Source: Auanema rhodensis (lineage: Eukaryota; Animalia; Nematoda). From it: a stretch of 64,000 nucleotides of DNA. The position numbers and the translations under genes were made by a program. The DNA lies in NCBI GenBank assembly GCA_964057225.1, contig CAXKVF010000089.1:113249-177248 (forward strand), in the 5' to 3' direction. This document shows positions 60,301 through 64,000 of the stretch, piece after piece; the stretch's first letter is position 1, and each line of letters starts with the position of its first letter. The notes under the pieces are model-generated. The model searched no databases and was not told where the DNA came from. It was given only the letters and a program-made list of their open reading frames with translations.

Positions 60301-63300
60301 TAAAAATTTGTTTTTAGACTAATATGGACATGGGGAATCTAATTTTGAAAACCGCATCTCTTTATCTTTCACGTGAAGCGAGTTACATACCAAGTGCACA
60401 TCACGTGTACATTTAATTAGCATAAATTAAAGTTCACGTAAATTTCAAAGTCATGGTTACCATGAACCAATATCAATAAAAATTTGTTTTTAGACTAATA
60501 TGGACATGGGGAATCTAATTTTGAAAACCGCATCTCTTTATCTTTCACGTGAAGCGAGTTACATACCAAGTGCACATCACGTGTACATTTAATTAGCATA
60601 AATTAAAGTTCACGTAAATTTCAAAGTCATGGTTACCATGAACCAATATCAATAAAAATTTGTTTTTAGACTAATATGGACATGGGAATCTAATTTGAAA
60701 ACCGCATCTCTTTATCTTTCACGTGAAGCGAGTTACATACCAAGTGCACATCACGTGTACATTTAATTAGCATAAATTAAAGTTCACGTAAATTTCAAAG
60801 TCATGGTTACCATGAAGCAATATCAATAAAAATTCGTTTTTAGACTAATATGGACATGGGGAATCTAATTTGAAAACCGCATCTCTTTATCTTTCACGTG
60901 AAGCGAGTTACATACCAAGTGCACATCACGTGTACATTTAATTAGCATAAATTAAAGTTCACGTAAATTTCAAAGTCATGGTTACCATGAAGCAATATCA
61001 ATAAAAATTTGTTTTTAGACTAATATGGACATGGGGAATCTAATTTTGAAAACCGCATCTCTTTATCTTTCACGTGAAGCGAGTTACATACCAAGTGCAC
61101 ATCACGTGTACATTTAATTAGCATAAATTAAAGTTCACGTAAATTTCAAAGTCATGGTTACCATGAACCAATATCAATAAAAATTTGTTTTTAGACTAAT
61201 ATGGACATGGGGAATCTAATTTTGAAAACCGCATCTCTTTATCTTTCACGTGAAGCGAGTTACATACCAAGTGCACATCACGTGTACATTTAATTAGCAT
61301 AAATTAAAGTTCACGTAAATTTCAAAGTCATGGTTACCATGAACCAATATCAATAAAAATTTGTTTTTAGACTAATATGGACATGGGGAATCTAATTTTG
61401 AAAACCGCATCTCTTTATCTTTCACGTGAAGCGAGTTACATACCAAGTGCACATCACGTGTACATTTAATTAGCATAAATTAAAGTTCACGTAAATTTCA
61501 AAGTCATGGTTACCATGAACCAATATCAATAAAAATTTGTTTTTAGACTAATATGGACATGGGGAATCTAATTTTGAAAACCGCATCTCTTTATCTTTCA
61601 CGTGAAGCGAGTTACATACCAAGTGCACATCACGTGTACATTTAATTAGCATAAATTAAAGTTCACGTAAATTTCAAAGTCATGGTTACCATGCACCAAT
61701 ATCAATAAAAATTTGTTTTTAGACTAATATGGACATGGGGAATCTAATTTTGAAAACCGCATCTCTTTATCTTTCACGTGAAGCGAGTTACATACCAAGT
61801 GCACATCACGTGTACATTTAATTAGCATAAATTAAAGTTCACGTAAATTTCAAAGTCATGGTTACCATGAACCAATATCAATAAAAATTTGTTTTTAGAC
61901 TAATATGGACATGGGGAATCTAATTTTGAAAACCGCATCTCTTTATCTTTCACGTGAAGCGAGTTACATACCAAGTGCACATCACGTGTACATTTAATTA
62001 GCATAAATTAAAGTTCACGTAAATTTCAAAGTCATGGTTACCATGAACCAATATCAATAAAAATTTGTTTTTAGACTAATATGGACATGGGGAATCTAAT
62101 TTTGAAAACCGCATCTCTTTATCTTTCACGTGAAGCGAGTTACATACCAAGTGCACATCACGTGTACATTTAATTAGCATAAATTAAAGTTCACGTAAAT
62201 TTCAAAGTCATGGTTACCATGAACCAATATCAATAAAAATTTGTTTTTAGACTAATATGGACATGGGGAATCTAATTTTGAAACCGCATCTCTTTATCTT
62301 TCACGTGAAGCGAGTTACATACCAAGTGCACATCACGTGTACATTTAATTAGCATAAATTAAAGTTCACGTAAATTTCAAAGTCATGGTTACCATGAACC
62401 AATATCAATAAAATTTGTTTTTAGACTAATATGGACATGGGGAATCTAATTTTGAAAACCGCATCTCTTTATCTTTCACGTGAAGCGAGTTACATACCAA
62501 GTGCACATCACGTGTACATTTAATTAGCATAAATTAAAGTTCACGTAAATTTCAAAGTCATGGTTACCATGAAGCAATATCAATAAAAATTTGTTTTTAG
62601 ACTAATATGGACATGGGGAATCTAATTTGAAAACCGCATCTCTTATCTTTCACGTGAAGCGAGTTACATACCAAGTGCACATCACGTGTACATTTAATTA
62701 GCATAAATTAAAGTTCACGTAAATTTCAAAGTCATGGTTACCATGAACCAATATCAATAAAATTTGTTTTTAGACTAATATGGACATGGGGAATCTAATT
62801 TTGAAACCGCATTTCTTTATCTTTCACGTGAAGCGAGTTACATACCAAGTGCACATCACGTGTACATTTAATTAGCATAAATTAAAGTTCACGTAAATTT
62901 CAAAGTCATGGTTACCATGCACCAATATCAATAAAAATTTGTTTTTAGACTAATATGGACATGGGGAATCTAATTTTGAAAACCGCATCTCTTTATCTTT
63001 CACGTGAAGCGAGTTACATACCAAGTGCACATCACGTGTACATTTAATTAGCATAAATTAAAGTTCACGTAAATTTCAAAGTCATGGTTACCATGAACCA
63101 ATATCAATAAAAATTTGTTTTTAGACTAATATGGACATGGGGAATCTAATTTTGAAAACCGCATCTCTTTATCTTTCACGTGAAGCGAGTTACATACCAA
63201 GTGCACATCACGTGTACATTTAATTAGCATAAATTAAAGTTCACGTAAATTTCAAAGTCATGGTTACCATGCACCAATATCAATAAAAATTTGTTTTTAG

Positions 63301-64000
63301 ACTAATATGGACATGGGAATCTAATTTGAAAACCGCATCTCTTTATCTTTCACGTGAAGCGAGTTACATACCAAGTGCACATCACGTGTACATTTAATTA
63401 GCATAAATTAAAGTTCACGTAAATTTCAAAGTCATGGTTACCATGAACCAATATCAATAAAAATTTGTTTTTAGACTAATATGGACATGGGGAATCTAAT
63501 TTTGAAAACCGCATCTCTTTATCTTTCACGTGAAGCGAGTTACATACCAAGTGCACATCACGTGTACATTTAATTAGCATAAATTAAAGTTCACGTAAAT
63601 TTCAAAGTCATGGTTACCATGAACCAATATCAATAAAAATTTGTTTTAGACTAATATGGACATGGGGAATCTAATTTGAAAACCGCATCTCTTTATCTTT
63701 CACGTGAAGCGAGTTACATACCAAGTGCACATCACGTGTACATTTAATTAGCATAAATTAAAGTTCACGTAAATTTCAAAGTCATGGTTACCATGAACCA
63801 ATATCAATAAAAATTTGTTTTTAGACTAATATGGACATGGGGAATCTAATTTGAAAACCGCATCTCTTTATCTTTCACGTGAAGCGAGTTACATACCAAG
63901 TGCACATCACGTGTACATTTAATTAGCATAAATTAAAGTTCACGTAAATTTCAAAAGTCATGGTTACCATGAACCAATATCAATAAAAATTTGTTTTTAG

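Larger units (their letters stand above)
1..64000. repeat. 176-bp tandem satellite DNA array (363 full monomers plus a partial one), probably eukaryotic centromeric or pericentromeric heterochromatin
   Basis: The unit catctctttatctttcacgtgaagcgagttacataccaagtgcacatcacgtgtacatttaattagcataaattaaagttcacgtaaatttcaaagtcatggttaccatgaaccaatatcaataaaaatttgtttttagactaatatggacatggggaatctaattttgaaaaccg recurs at 1, 177, 353 and so on. Exact 176-bp phase holds (2641, 5281, ... 52801 = 1+2640k) until about 54720. The last monomer starts at 63861. GC is 56/176. No foreign insertion or inversion was seen. The centromeric role is an inference from monomer size and homogeneity. Confidence 0.98.

Noticed and set aside
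1-64000. CRISPR-like array, suggested by palindromic repeats at regular spacing
   Set aside because: There are no unique spacers, the entire 176 bp is repeated, and there is no leader or cas gene.
1-64000. Rolling-circle or concatemer amplification artefact, or a synthetic array
   Set aside because: Linked haplotypes, nested higher-order blocks and private SNPs shared between distant blocks indicate a naturally evolved array.
1-64000. Order of A/C/G monomer types as an encoded message or one global HOR
   Set aside because: No single period spans the window, and local duplications and deletions explain the order.

Overview
The whole 64 kb window is one uninterrupted head-to-tail satellite DNA array: 363 complete copies of a 176-bp, ~32% GC monomer plus a partial copy starting at 63861, all in the same orientation. 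Most copies differ from the consensus by only 0-3 substitutions. The monomer length is close to a nucleosome repeat, which is typical of eukaryotic centromeric or pericentromeric satellites, but I cannot assign a species or a named family. I found no credible genes, transposon insertions, RNA genes or CRISPR array, and the two listed ORFs are single-SNP stop-codon losses inside the repeat. I did not find a new gene-encoded system. The notable structure is non-coding. (1) The monomer is densely packed with dyad symmetries and carries three TCACGT cores spaced 32-33 bp apart, one matching the yeast CDEI consensus exactly. (2) Diagnostic SNPs reveal short-lived, nested higher-order repeats of 2, 3, 5, 8, 12, 13, 16, 21, 22 and 40-42 monomers, plus recombinant monomers. 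(3) At about 54.72 kb there is a sharp switch from zero indels to many 1-bp homopolymer deletions, most likely a sequencing or assembly-quality artefact. Notation: m# is the monomer number (m1 starts at base 1), and variant positions are within the monomer. Monomer types at positions 111-114 are A=aacc, C=cacc, G=aagc, with G*=G+T89C and G**=G*+T79A. Variants were read by eye, so counts may miss a few singletons.
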